Positions 1 to 13,206 of a DNA stretch of 64,000 bases are shown piece by piece. The stretch lies in NCBI RefSeq assembly GCF_006345805.1, contig NC_043021.1, forward strand, positions 25,544,001-25,608,000, in the 5' to 3' direction. This DNA is from Octopus sinensis (lineage: Eukaryota). How positions within the stretch are numbered: the first letter of the stretch is position 1; each line of letters opens with the position of its first letter. The notes beneath the pieces were generated by a model. That model had not been told where the DNA came from, did not search any database, and was given only the letters and a program-made list of their open reading frames with translations. The translations under genes were made by a program, and so were the position numbers.

Positions 1-196
1 GTATATTTTCTTTCTATTTCTACTCAGCAAATAAAATTTTTTACAGATACAACTGCTTACAAAAATATGTATTAATGTACAATTTCTTTTTATGTTCATA
101 ATTAAATCAATGATTAGACAGAGGTCCAAGAGAATAGCTCGCTGAAACAGTCTACATACAAATACGCCAATCATCACAACCACAACATCCAAATAG

Positions 197-225
197 ACCG
201 GGTGAAACCGGGTTTAGCAGCTAGT
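197..225 (+). mobile_element. Possible Helitron 3' terminus
   Basis: GC hairpin CCGG-GTGAAA-CCGG followed ~10 nt later by CTAG|T. Confidence 0.45.
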
Positions 226-446
226 ATATATATATATATAAAGCACAATTTATTTGCGATCGGAGTTGTTTGAAAACAAAGGTACTACTGTATTTTTCTC
301 TTTGGATACAACCAACCAACAATGTTATCCAGTATTTAGTTTCTGAGCTGATTTTCTCAAATCTAATGATTCATTAACACATATCAAACCACATCATAAA
401 CATAAAAACTAATTGCTTAATTAATTATGTCGGTGGCTGTACAAAC

Positions 447-589
447 CTGTTTTGGCATTGTAGATGATGTTGTTTAAGAGCAGATCATTATGGCAGATGG
501 CTACGGGCACATCGCAATTCTCAAATACCTTGCAGAGGTCATTGAACTCATCCCACAGGTTTATTTTATCCAAAATCTCAGATGTGTAC
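447..589 (-). CDS. ETNK1: Ethanolamine kinase, coding exon 4 with Brenner motif (CHNDLLLNNII); gene continues beyond window start
   Basis: Acceptor tttttag|, donor AG|gtttgt. HNDLLxxN is the catalytic phosphotransferase motif. Confidence 0.95.
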
Positions 590-1276
590 CTAAAAAAGGA
601 GAATGCATAATATATGGTTTTATATAATTCATGGTAATCCCCCAAAAGCTTCCCTAGTTACAAACCACGTAGTAAACCGTTGAAAGGCTTGCTCTTCAGA
701 TCAACAGAATATCACAGTTACATCGATTTTTCAACCCTAGAAAACACACATCTGCATTTGTTATATATCTACATTGGTTTGTAAAATATACAATAGTACT
801 GTAAGAAATATGAACGCACGTGGTCGCATTGTGTAGGGAATACGATCGCACGTGGTCATATTCTTAATGAATTATTACAAGCCATAAATACATGCAGTAA
901 CAATAGAACATAAGTGAATTGACGACAAGTCTTGCTGTTGAGATGGCTGTAACCTCAAACAAGATCATTTCTTGCCTTGCCTTTCAACAGTGACGATATT
1001 AGAAATCACTATAGTCATATTTCAAAATGGCTGAAACTGCCATGCTACAGTACTATGCAATTTATAGCATAAACACTAATAATTTATTACCCACTATAAT
1101 AAATTACTTTTGCTTGATGTTGGCTGCAGAATGGCCATCATTTTATGGATATCAACTGGGGAAATAAATATATTCACCTCATACCTCCTCACTTTCTGTC
1201 TATGTATGTATATATGTGTGTGTGTGTGTGTGCGTATAAATATATATATATATATATTATATATATATATATACAG

Positions 1277-1478
1277 ATCGCCATGTTGATTTGCTAGCTT
1301 CTGCAAGCATTTTTTTTCTCTCCTTGTTTCTTTTCTGTGTATCTTTCTGTCGAAGAGCGTAGGCTCGAAACGTAAAAGACTTGTTTTATTTATATTCTTG
1401 AGCGCCATACTAATACAATTGTTTGTTTGTATTCCACCTGCCTTCGTCTTTTGTTTATTTTCATAAAGCTTCCCGTTA
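1277..1478 (+). mobile_element. Short TA-flanked Penelope-type pLTR fragment with degenerate hammerhead-like motif (1342-1379)
   Basis: TCTTT-CTGTCGAA-GAGC(GTAG)GCTC-GAAA-CG-TA-AAAGA. A second copy is inverted at 46733-46970. Confidence 0.65.
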
Positions 1479-2737
1479 TATATATATACACATACATACA
1501 TACCTATACACACACACATGTACATAATTCTTATACAAGAATGTTGTTGACAGTGACTTTGAAGCTTCAACTAGCTCAGCCATCATTGGACTGTGATGCC
1601 TTAGAGTTAGTCTTGCCTTTATATTGTCTCTGTCGAGTTAAAATCCTCTTTGGGTGTGTGGGGTTGAGTGGTGTGGTAATTAGGTTTTTATGGTTGGTTG
1701 TTATGGAAAGGTGTCTTGGAAAATTTTTTAATTGGTTAAATTTGGGGTTATGTCATTGTTTGGAATTCATTAATGCATGTAGAACTTTGTAAATAAGCCT
1801 GAAGGTGTTCTGCTTTTGTTGGGTAGGCAAGAGGTGTGAGGGTAATTTTGTTGCTTTTGGTATTATTGGATTAAATCTTTTTGCTTTGACAGTTTCAAGG
1901 TCAAAGGTACAAAGTCCTGTATTTAAACCCTTAGTAATTGGGTGTCAACTTTTTTCCACAAAAGAATGTAGATCAGAGGTAAGATTGAGCTGGTCATTTC
2001 TTTACTTCTTCTTCTTCTTCTTCATCTTATTTAAGGTACTTCTTCTTTCCATTTGTTATTAGTCAAGGCATGTCTTGGCTTTGTTAGTAAAGAAACTTGC
2101 TTCTTTTGTGTTTTGATGTTCACAAAAGTATTTGAGTAAAGGCTGTATCTTTATATGTTTCTCTCAGGGTGTTCATTGTTCTACTGCTTCTAAGGGTCCC
2201 TACCAGACATTTGAGGGAGTCTAACTTCTGTACATTCCTAGTGTTTCATGTACCTACACATCTGCCAACACACAGTGACTTGTCTATTTTCCTTCTAATG
2301 GGCCCTGCTAGCAGACCACATAGTAGTCAATACAGAGGAGAGTAATGCAGAGTCCCATGCAGCTGAAATTCAGAAGATCCCGGCAATGAAATCATTTCAT
2401 GACAAGTATTTAAACTCTAAAATGTCAGGAGGTATGAGAAGTGAATATATCTTTTATTTAACCAATTGTTATCCTTAGGATTACGGCCATTTCACAGCCT
2501 TCGTCCCGTAATAATAATCTCAGCGTTAATAAATTATTCTACATCTCTGCACAAATGTGTGTGCCATGCATTGTACAAATACGTTTGTATATTTACACTT
2601 AATGGAATAAAGAAGTAAGGATGAAAGTAGGGAGTGACGAAGGAGGATGAAATATGGAAGAACTTGTTAAAGGGAAGCGGGGAAATTAATACTGGATAAA
2701 AGAGCATTTCTTAAAAGAATCTTTGAAAGTACCTTAC

Positions 2738-2905
2738 CTTTGTTGTGTCTGGCTGTCTTCAAATTTATTTGGAATAATCTGTAGCATGCTCTTCATTTTC
2801 TTGAGCAGAATTGGTTCACCTTTGAAGAACACACTGTAAGTTTGCAAATCATCAACTTCACTAGCTTTGATGCTATGTAAGCGGACCATTTCTTGTGTAA
2901 TCAGA
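2738..2905 (-). CDS. ETNK1: Ethanolamine kinase, coding exon 3 (LITQEMVRLHSI...MLQIIPNKFEDSQTQQR)
   Basis: Acceptor aatcag|, donor AG|gtaagg, 168 nt, phase 2-2, open frame joining exons 2 and 4. The 'LI..EM..LH' motif is present. Confidence 0.92.
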
Positions 2906-5077
2906 CTGATTATGAGAGAAGTCGATAAGAAATAAAATATTAGATAAATGCAAAATGATTAAAATGGTGGTGTAGGAATCTGGAAATAGATAAATATGGT
3001 GCATCCATTTAATACATATTTTTCCTATACACACACGTCTGGTAAAATCAGTACATTAATTATAAGTACACACACACACACACACATAGTACAATAGACT
3101 AAGAGGTGTGGTTCAATTAGTGACATAGGGACTTTATAATTAAATAGTTGGCAGCATGAGTGTTACTTACTTCTGCCATTTTCTACCTATGGCGCATCAA
3201 CCACTTTTCTCTACAATTCTCAACTCTCTGTCATTCTCTGAAGGATGGTCTTCCTCTCCAAGCACTCCAAGTTTTTGTATTGTCATTGATGCTTCTGCAA
3301 TTTTGTATTTTTCTAGCTAAGGGTGTTGGCCCTATGCAAACCCATTTTTACCTCTGGGAACAGGTGGTCCATATCTGTCTGACCTCCATCCTTTTCATTT
3401 GTCCAGCATGGGGAAGGGGGCTACCAGGAGCTTGTGCTCTGTTGGCATAGCTCTCAGGGTCATCAAGGCATACAAGTCACCACATCACAATAAGGACTGA
3501 AACATGTGATGGGGCAGAACGAGTGTAAAGTTAAACAAAAATGGGTAGTGAAGCCATATTATACAAAAGGATTCAATAAGGATTTGTTATTTTACCCAGC
3601 ACCAGACATAGCAACAACCTACGTACATTTTTCTGTTTGGACAGACCAACCTCCACACAAAATCACTCAGTAAATGATTCCTTAAGAAAACCATTCCTCT
3701 CCTGCATCTATGCCCATCTGTGTTTATAATTTCACTTGTAAAAGAGCATTGAAATGCTCAATAGTCCACATCTGCAATGGAAATGTGTAGAATCTATTGA
3801 ATTCCACAATATGGTTTCCTGTAAGTGTTCCAGCAGATATCTCCAATCCTCCATGAAGACAAACCAAAGGTGATGCTTCTGCTACATGTCATGCTTAACA
3901 CGGTTGTTGCTGATGTTTGTTTGTTTGTTTTATTGTTTCAAGAAACAGGTGAAGAGGATTCTTTGATTTTATTGAGAGAGAAAAAATGGTGAGCCGACAG
4001 AACCATTAGCATGTGGGACAAAATGCTTAGCAGCATTTCTTGATGTTTTGAGTTCAAATTCTGCTGAGGTTCATTTTGCCTTTTATCCTTTCAGGGTCGA
4101 TAAAATAAAAACCAGTTGAACAAAATTTCAGGTTGTGTACCTTTAGTGGAAAGAATTAGTAATGGGAGGAGGTAGAGGGGGAAGTTCATGAAGAATGCAG
4201 TTCCTCGCAACTTGTAAGATCAATGCGAACGGAATATTTCTTCTGTAGATGGATATCTGTCATTGAAACATGGCCTGGAAAGGTGGGCTACATGTTTGAA
4301 ATTCTAAAAAGGACGAGCTACTTTCAACATGTCAGTACGTAAAAATGGGCTGAGTTTCAATATGTATTCATTTAATTTCAAGATGTGTCTTGTCCAAAGG
4401 TAGTTTTAGTCTAAAATACTATATCATTAACTGAAATTTAAAGTCAGCTGTCAAGAAAAGATGTTCAACTGAAAATAGATGAAACCCTTTCGTTTCTGTC
4501 TGTTTTATTCCTCACAAACCATTGCTACTTTTTATGTCAGTTTTATTGGTGGGGGAAAAGGTGAAAATCTATGAATAATGCAATGTTTTTATAGTAATTT
4601 AAAGCTAATGTTGGAACGATGCGCGTCTATCAGTATAAACCACTGATAAAACTGTATGTGCATAAATAAGTTGAGTAGAATGACACGAGTGAATTTATGG
4701 ATAAGAGAAGGCTGTTGTATGGTGCCTGACCTAATAAGGTCAGAAGGGGGACAATATGGATACAATTTTGCCTATTCAGAAGAAAGTTTCGAGATTTCCA
4801 AAAAATTAACCCAAAATTACTAAAATCAATGACCAGTAGATCAATAGCTCATCAATTCAATAAAGAAATAGCAAAGAAAAGAATTTAAACTTATTTTTGG
4901 AAAAGTCAATAAGCTTATATTATAAAAGAGAAGAAGATCGCTGTCCGTCTGTCACAATATTTGATAAAAGGAGGGAAAGAAGGAGAGGAATCAAAACATG
5001 TCACGACATATTTTTAGAAGAAAGGGAGGAGAAAATGTTGTTGTTGAGAGAAAAATACAGTGAGAGAGAGTGTATGA

Positions 5078-5222
<145 letters not shown>

Positions 5223-6280
5223 TGTTATCACCATAGTAACTAAATTTTGATTAAAAATACAGGAATTCTAAGTGCAAGTCTGTCAACACAATGCAATAGC
5301 TTCAAAAAAAGACTATATGTATATGTATATATTTTTTGTTGTTGTTTTTGTGTGTGTGTGCATGTATTTCTATGTCTTTCAACATATAGACAATGCAATA
5401 CAGATTTCAAAAAAAGACTTTCACTTTGAACAATTTTTTGAAGCTATGTGCAGAATCAATAAATCATTTTTACCAGCAGTGTAATGACATCAATGACCTA
5501 GTTTATATAATTTCAACACCCATGAGATTCGAAAACATTTTTTTACGTTCAGATGTACTGAAGCTTCAGTAAAACACAAAAAAAAACAGAAAAGTTTCCT
5601 CTTTATGGCACTTTTCTACTTTTTTGTGTTTTATTCTGAATTTTGACCAAAACTATTTCAGTTGCAATCATACAATTAATGGAATTTTCTATGATTTTCC
5701 TGCCAAAATATGGTCATGAATATAGAAAGGTGAAACAATCAGTGCAGAGGATGGGAGAGGTTCCTGAAAATACAGACAAACACAGTATTCTTGGTTGCTG
5801 CTTGACCTTGGGTTAAAAGGATCATTTTATCTACAATGTATTGCTCCAAGAATAGGCACAGCACATTCTTAATTCTCACCTCTTGTCACACAAATTCATA
5901 ACTAATGATTGGCAACCAGTGATACAATGTTTGGTAAGTGTTGTAGTCATCATAATGTTCATGTAAAAATACTCACATCAAAAATCCAAAAAGGATTTGG
6001 TTTTAATATGGGTAAAAACATGCAGCCAAAACCATCCAAATCAAATAACCAAAATATCGAGAGAATATCAAGCCAAGGTTCAACATGGTCGTTCCATACT
6101 TGACATATTCCTGCCTTCTGTCTTCTCTTTTACTCTTTTTCAACCAGTTGTAGTGCACCTAAGCACTACAGGTAATAGACATATCACTATTGGCAGAACC
6201 GTTAGCATGCTGGGCAAAATGCTTCGTGACATCTTGTCCATTTTTATGCTCAGAGTTCAAATACCACCAAGGTCAACTAT

Positions 6281-7300
6281 TGTGGCAAGAGTCATTGACA
6301 CCCCTAGGGGATTGGAAGAACGGACTTGCCAAACTCTTATAAAGAGTAACAACAAGAGGTGGGTAGAAGTTGTCATAAGAGTCAGTGTGTTAGTTCCGCA
6401 TTGAACTCACACTGAACCCGTAAGTTGCCGTTAAGGGCAGTTGTTTGAATTACTGTGTGTTGGTCCCATCGCTAGAATGTGGTAAGGGTTTGATTCCCAT
6501 GCTCACAATATATCAGATGCAGCTGTGTTAATCAGCAAGAGGAGATGTCTTCTTGGGGTTAAAAAATCGCAGTGAAGTCCTTTCGACTGAAAAACAAGAG
6601 AGCTAACAAGAGTGCTTAGTACAACAAGAAACAAGAATGCTGTGCGCAAAAAATGAACCATACTGCCTAAGAGTTGGGTAACAATTACATTACAACATCT
6701 GGCAATGAATTGGCAAGGATATAAAAGTGGCTACGACATATTTGAAGCTTGTGTTGGACGTTAAAATTTTTTTTGATACAAAATCAAAGAAAAAATCATT
6801 AACATGGAAGATTTATTGGCTTGCATGATGCAGCTGCAACAACAGCAGCAACAACAATACTAACAGTTACTGGAAGAAGTCTGAAAATACTTCAGGTTCA
6901 TTCTTGTCAGACGGCGTAGCAAACTCAATTGGAGAATTTATTTATAACCCAGAAGAAAGTACTACTTTTTCTTCATATTTTAGAAGATACAAAGAAATCT
7001 TCAAAGAAGAATGTAAAAATTGGAATGACGTGAAGGTGCGACTACTTTTAAGAAAGTTATCCCCTGCCGAACACGAAAAATACTATAATTATATTCTGCT
7101 GAAAACCAGGTGAAATTTGTTTCAAAGAAACAATTAATTTGTTATCAAGAATTTTCAGGGAAAGAAGTTTGCTGTTCAATACTCGTTGGCAATGTTTAAA
7201 TTTAATTAAAAAAGATGATGAAGATTTTGTCACCTATGCTGGGGTCGTTAACAGAGAGAGTGAAAAATTCAAATTAAATGAATTAATCCTGGATTTGTTC
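6281..7300 (+). mobile_element. Ty3/Gypsy relic: probable 5' LTR (6281-6697), PBS-like sequence and decayed gag (K02A2.6-like)
   Basis: TGT...ACA segment followed by TCTGGCAATGA. Peptide EFIYNPEESTTFSSYFRRY..IF...KVRLLLRKL...F...SL.NTRWQCLNL.K.D.EDF..YAG.VN. Inserted into a SINE. Confidence 0.8.
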
Positions 7301-7826
7301 AGTACAAAATAAATAAGCATATTTTAGGGGAGGTCATAGGAAGATTGGACGTAGAGATTGGGAAGGGGGGAGAGGTGGAGGAGGAGAGACGTGTGTGATG
7401 GTGGTGGTGGTGGTGAGTGTGTGTGCGTGTGTGTGTGTATTTGCTTACATTTGTGCTTATCTGGAAATGGTTGAGCCACAAGCAGTGACTGTGCTGAAAT
7501 TTCTTCAGACCCCAAATTGTCTGCTGGCTTTGCACCTTCAAAGACAGGTGAAATAAGAGATTGACTTACTTGAAAAACAAGAAAAGATCAGAGACAGGAA
7601 GGGCATACAGTTGCCTCGATAAATATGTCTAACCCATTCTGGTATGGAAAAACAGACGTAAAAACGACCAAACTGCATGAGGTGACAAGGGGAGGAGGGG
7701 GAAAAGCTTGCACTTGCACACACACACACACACCAATAGAGTGGAATGGTTGACCAATTCAAGAAGTAGGTTAAGAGACACTTTAAACTGATTTCTCACT
7801 TGATAAAAAGGGGTTTTTGTTCTTAC

Positions 7827-8086
7827 CCGCTAATTTTTGGATCACACACTTCATGTACGTTGATGGGCCGTCCCTGTTGATAACCGTAACACATACCATT
7901 GCTGAAGCAGCAGTAAACGTCTGGAGCCATACCTTTTGAATTCAGGAGGGTCATGGATAAATACTCTAATTTGCGGTCAATAAGAAGCTCGGTGTTTTTC
8001 CCATAGAGGCGAACAAGGACCATGTCACTGTGTGAATCATTTTGGTAGCAACCCACCAACTGATTGGTAATTCCTTCACTGAAAAC
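7827..8086 (-). CDS. ETNK1: Ethanolamine kinase, coding exon 2 (VFSEGITNQLVGC...VLVRLYGKNTELLIDR...)
   Basis: Acceptor ttggcag|, donor GG|gtaaga, 260 nt. GITN.L and VLVR.YG..TEL..DR are choline/ethanolamine kinase N-lobe motifs. Confidence 0.95.
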
Positions 8087-9255
8087 CTGCCAACACAACA
8101 AAAAAAAAAAATTAATTAATAATAATATACTAAAAACATACAATGCAATTCATAGATTAACATCACATGTGAGAGTCTGGTTAGGGAGTTTGCTTACCAA
8201 CCACATGGTTTTGGGTTCAGTCCCATTGCATGGCACCTTGGGCAAATGTCTTCTACTACAGCTACAAGATGACCAAAGCTTAGTGAGTGGATTTGGTTGA
8301 TGGAAACTGAAAGAAGCCTGTTGTATATGTGTGTGCATGCATGTGTGTGTGTGTGTGTGTGTGTATGTGTGTGTGTATGTGTGTGTGTATGTGTATTTGT
8401 GTTTCTTTGTCTTGACATTGCATGATTCTTGTAAACGAGTGTCATTAATGTCCAATCTTCCACAAAAACATGTCTGGCCATGAAGAAAACATAATGTGAC
8501 AGGAAGGGGCATCGAGTCACAGAAAATCTGCCTAAGTAAGCTCCATCTAACCCATGCAAGCATGGAAAAGTGGATGTTAAAACAATGATGATGAAATGTC
8601 TAGCTGACATCAATGAGCAAGACCAAGGGTGAGCACATTTTTTGGCCGTGGACTGAATTGGAAATGCTTTTATGCCAGGCCGGGGTGAATAAAAATGAAC
8701 AATAAACATGCACCAGCAGTTTATTTGGTTATTTATTTTTGTACTTTTTAACTGTCACCTGTTGTAATAAAGGAATCAATACAAATTTAGTGAGTTAACA
8801 AAAAACTAATGTCATATTTAACATGGCAAAGAGTTTATGGGTCAAGATGAATGATTGCAGTGATTGTGATATCAGACAGTGTGGGTTGCCTTCGTAGACA
8901 TGTCGATATTTTCTGTCACCCTCTCCTTTCTTAGAATTGATTAAGCAATGCAAATCACATCACAACAACGTAAGAGACATACCTGGCGCTTTGTTGCTCT
9001 GTTTGTTTAGGAAGGTGAATGCGTTGACTACCTTATAAACATGAGAAAGTTTTACCAAGTCAAGGAACCTCATGCTTATATATTTTTGGTTTTTGCATAA
9101 AACATTGATTTATTTATAGACATTGCAAAAATAAAACTTGTTTGAATTTGTTTCATTGTTCACCGTTTCCTCTTTATAACTCTTTTATTGGTCACTTTTC
9201 TCTCTTTTCCAGTTTTGGTCTGTGAACTGCACATATATATATGCATATATATATA

Positions 9256-9666
9256 GGATCTTTTCGGTTTGAACGGCAGTTTTTAACATAATTTCTAGGT
9301 AACTAAAAAATTTTAAACTTCGTATACTGGTAGAAAGTGTTTATAAAACATCTTTTTCTCTTGGCTTTATTGAGAAAATTCTATAGTTTGTAAGATATTT
9401 GTTGTTTTTTGTCTTCATTTTCTGCAATTTCAACCAATCACTGACGTCTATTGAGGTAAAAAACATTCTGTGCCGTATGAATATGTCCCTCGTTTAAGAA
9501 ACAGATTGGGTTTATTTACATTTGTGAAGAAAAAAAGATAACCCTTCCCCTAACCCTAACCCTAAAAGAGATTGAAATGCAATAGATCGATTCTAGGGTC
9601 ATAATTATGGGTGACAATTTCATATGACACCGCTAGAAAAAACTGCTGTTCAAACCGAAAAGATCC
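9256..9666. mobile_element. Non-autonomous TIR element with internal (CCCTAA)3
   Basis: 29-bp TIRs GGATCTTTTCGGTTTGAACGGCAGTTTTT / AAAAACTGCTGTTCAAACCGAAAAGATCC, flanked by TA repeats. Confidence 0.85.
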
Positions 9667-9769
9667 AATATATATAATAATGAAGTTATTGTATACAGTG
9701 TTGAGGTGCAGCACAACTGATGAGCAAAAGTAACCAAAAGTGCATGAACAGAATAATTAGAATAATGCA

Positions 9770-10690
9770 GAGGAAGTGAGTCATTTAAGGAAATGACAAG
9801 AAAAGAAGCGGGCGGCAGGTGTTGGCAGATTTCAAGAAGCAAGGAAGTTTTGAAGGATGTAGTGTCTTGATGGCTAACAACTAATGCAGGTAGTTTGCTC
9901 CATGCTTCAGCAACTCTGAGTATCAAAGAATGTTTCTGAAAGTCATGGGTACTGTGTTGTTTTTGTTTTTTTTTGATTTTGTAAACATGTCTATGAGTGT
10001 TAAACATACAGAATATAAAAAAAGGGTCCAAGATTGTTGTTGGAAAGATGGTGGATAAAATAGTGGGTGTCATTAAAGTTCTGCCTAAATGGCAGAGCCT
10101 TAATGTGTCTCAGCCCAGGGAAGCAAGACATTTAAAGTATAGTTGATGGTGGATCTCCATTTGGTTGCATGTTTCTGAACAATTTGCAGGAGATTTGATA
10201 TGCTGAGTAAGATAGGAGTTCCAGACTCTAAATGTAAACAGACTATCACCATATACAGCTTTAAATTAAAAATCTGGAAAGCAGCTGAGTGATGCCTTTT
10301 TGACAATCTTAGAGATGTGGTTTGTCCTATGTCCAGGTCACAAGATGTCATAAGAATGGTGTTGTTGAAGGTGTATGTAAAAGTAAGGTTTTCTCCCCTA
10401 AAAAATGCTTGGTGGTGCACTTGTCTCCAGCCAGCTTGAGTTGCCAGTCAGGAATCCATTGTGTCCAGGTGTGAGGAAAGGTATACAGCATATAGGATCA
10501 GTTCTTTTTATTTCAAGGTACAGTGTAATATCATCTGTGTATTTCAACACTGTAACATTCTTCTTCAAGTTGGCCTATATGGCATTAATATACGCAACAA
10601 ACAACAGGAGTCTAAGAACAGATCCCTATCGTACACCAGATCTCATCTCATAGGGTGAAGAATGCCATCCTAGAACCTATCACATTAACA
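9770..10690 (-). mobile_element. Degenerate CR1/L2-like LINE RT and 3' end
   Basis: GVR*GSVLRLLLF (GVPQGSVLGP.LF-like), LQIVQKHATK, RVAEAWSKLP. Confidence 0.7.
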
Positions 10691-11159
10691 ATGTAATTTT
10701 AAAAAAAGTGGAGGGCATGATTATAAAGTCAGAAAGTTAAATATTTTTTGCTGATTTATCCATATAAAGTTCTAACAAACTGTCATACTTTTGGGAGTCG
10801 ATAAAATAAAAGACCAGCTGGGGACTAAAGTTGATGAAATTGACTACCCTGTCCCCTAAACAATTTCAGGCGTTGCACCTGTCACAGAAAGGATCATCAT
10901 CATTATTTCAAGTCCCTTTTCCATGCTGGCAAAGGTTGAATAGGTTGACATGAACCAAGTCAGTTTCCGTTCAGATTTACTGCTCCCCCACACAAGTTAC
11001 GACCATATTTGGTTTGTACGTTCCATTTTTAGTAGGTTTTTTTTATCACAGGATTTCCTTCTTATTCTTAAACATTTTACAGAATGTACTCAGTGCACAC
11101 ACAAAGATACACACACATGCATAAATATGATTACGATGATATATATATATATATCAAAA

Positions 11160-11680
11160 TCAAAATCATTTCGATGACTGGCATCCGTGCAAGCAGGGTG
11201 CAGAAAGCACCATACGAGTGTGATCATAGACAGAGCGGCTATTCGAGTATGATCGTTACCAGTGTCGCCTTACTGGCACTTATGCCTGTGCTAGTAGGGT
11301 GCCAAGAGCAACATCCGAGTGTGATCATTGCCAGAGCAGCCAACTGGCTTCCGTACCCGTGGCATGTAAAAGAGCACCATTCAAACATGATTGTTACCAA
11401 CGTCGCTTCACTGGCACCTGTGCCGGTGGCACGTTTAAAAAAATTCGAGCAAGGTCCATTGCCAGTACTGCCTGACTGGCCGCCGTGCAGGTGGCACGTA
11501 AAAAGCACCCACTACACTCTCGGAGTGGTTGGCGTTAGGAAGGGCATCCAGCTGTAGAAACTCTGCCAGATCAAGACTGGAGCCTGGTGCAGCCATCTGG
11601 TTTGCCAGCCCTCAGTCAAAATCGTCCAACCCATGCCAGCATGGAAAGCGGACGTTAAACGATGATGATGATGATGATGA
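11160..11680 (+). mobile_element. 3'UTR-only copy of the same RTE family (diverged repeat units, (GAT)n tail)
   Basis: GTGGCACGTAAAAAGCACC units, then GGAGTGGTTGGCGTTAGGAAGGGCATCCAGC...GGAAAGCGGACGTTAAAC(GAT)n. Confidence 0.8.
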
Positions 11681-12019
11681 GTGTTTGTGGAACCATACAC
11701 ACACACACACTCACGTAATACATACATACTCCCTCGGGCGTTCAAAATCTCCCCTTCTCACCAATGAACCCACCATGCATCGGGTTGTACTGACGTTCGT
11801 GTTACCTATAGCATTAACGAGCAACCTGACAACCTGTTAATGAGCAGATGGACTGAGGAGAGTCAATGACCCTCAAAGGTGTGACAGATGCATGTGCAAA
11901 TATGCAGCCAAATGCATTTAAATGCACCGAGTTGAAGGTTTGCTCTTATTTCAAGACTTTGGTGTTTGGAGTTGCCAGCATTCTTGTTTTTCTTTATTAT
12001 TTTTCTTTTGTGTCCGTTT

Positions 12020-12375
12020 CAGTCAACTGACTGTGGCCATGCTGGAGCATCACCTTTTAGTCAAAGAAATCGACCCCTGGACTTATTCTTTGTAAGCCTG
12101 GTGCTTATGCTATCAGTCTCTTCTGCCAAACTGCTAAGTTATGGAGACGTAAACACCAACATTGGTTGTCAAACAATGGCAAGGGGACAAACACATATAT
12201 ACACATAATTATATATATACGGCAGGCTTCTTTCAGTTTCCATCCACCAAATCCACTCACAAGGCTTTGGTTGGCCCAAAGCAATAGAAGATACTTGCCC
12301 AAGGTGCCACGCAGCAGGACTGAACTCAGAACCATGTGGTTGGGAAGCAAGCTTCTTACCACACAGCAACGCCTG
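12020..12375 (-). mobile_element. Longer copy of SINE family A including 3' part
   Basis: Reverse-complement match to 17556-17712 and 18050-18250. Confidence 0.8.
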
Positions 12376-13006
12376 TGCCTTGATTATTTTTCTTTTATTT
12401 TTTACTTGTTATCTGCTGCTTTTCAATTTAACGGTTCCAAACAGTCATGGACAAACTGCGGCCCATGGGACTCTCCGAATCGTACACCTAACAAAAAATG
12501 ACCTTTTGTTAGTAATGTGGCTTGCCTGGTGAGGATCCATATCTCATGCAGCCTATGTCCGATGCAGAAAGTAGGACAGATTTCATCTGAATGTTTGATG
12601 CACCAGTAATTTTTGTGCAGCATAATTTTTCTTTCTCTTTCCGCTGTAAGTCAATACTTGAACTTCTTGGATTCCACTGTGACATTCGGAGCATCATGAC
12701 CAAAGCAATATCCACCACTACCTTCGCAGTTTCCCTACTTGCAAGGACACACATAGACAGGAGCAGTCATGGTTCACCTGTCATCCTTCGTTGTCGTACA
12801 GTCACTGCATGGCATGCGCAGACTTGTTCTTGCTAAACTAGTGTCTTGTCTTCAGTGACATGATGACCCATGACAAGGGGGACTTCATGAAGAGGGAAAG
12901 AAGAAGGGAGATACGAAAGTGGTAATACTCCACAGTGAAACAACAGCCTCTGTACAGATGAGTGATGCATGCATTTATGCAGTCATACATGCATATCTAT
13001 GCATAG

Positions 13007-13206
13007 GAGGGGGTGGGACTGAAAAGTTCCTGGCTTTGGGTAAAAGAAAATACAGGAGGGTCAGTTAATTATGATTTTATTCAACATGTTCCTCTCTCAC
13101 TTATTGCAGCAGTCCTTCAGTTTTTCTAAGTCCTGTAAAAGAACTCAGAAGGTGGGGCCTCCAACCAGGCCTTTCGCGACACCCAGGAACTTTTCAGTAC
13201 ACCCTC
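13007..13206. mobile_element. Mariner-type MITE
   Basis: GAGGG...CTGAAAAGTTCCTGG pairs with CCAGGAACTTTTCAG...CCCTC as terminal inverted repeats. Confidence 0.7.

Noticed and set aside
1540-2200. Coding-like minus-strand stretch in kinase intron 3
   Set aside because: No phase-compatible exon is needed there and no motif was recognised. It is probably a decayed retroelement but cannot be assigned.
9548-9565. Telomere or chromosome-fusion site
   Set aside because: Only three units, internal to a TIR element.
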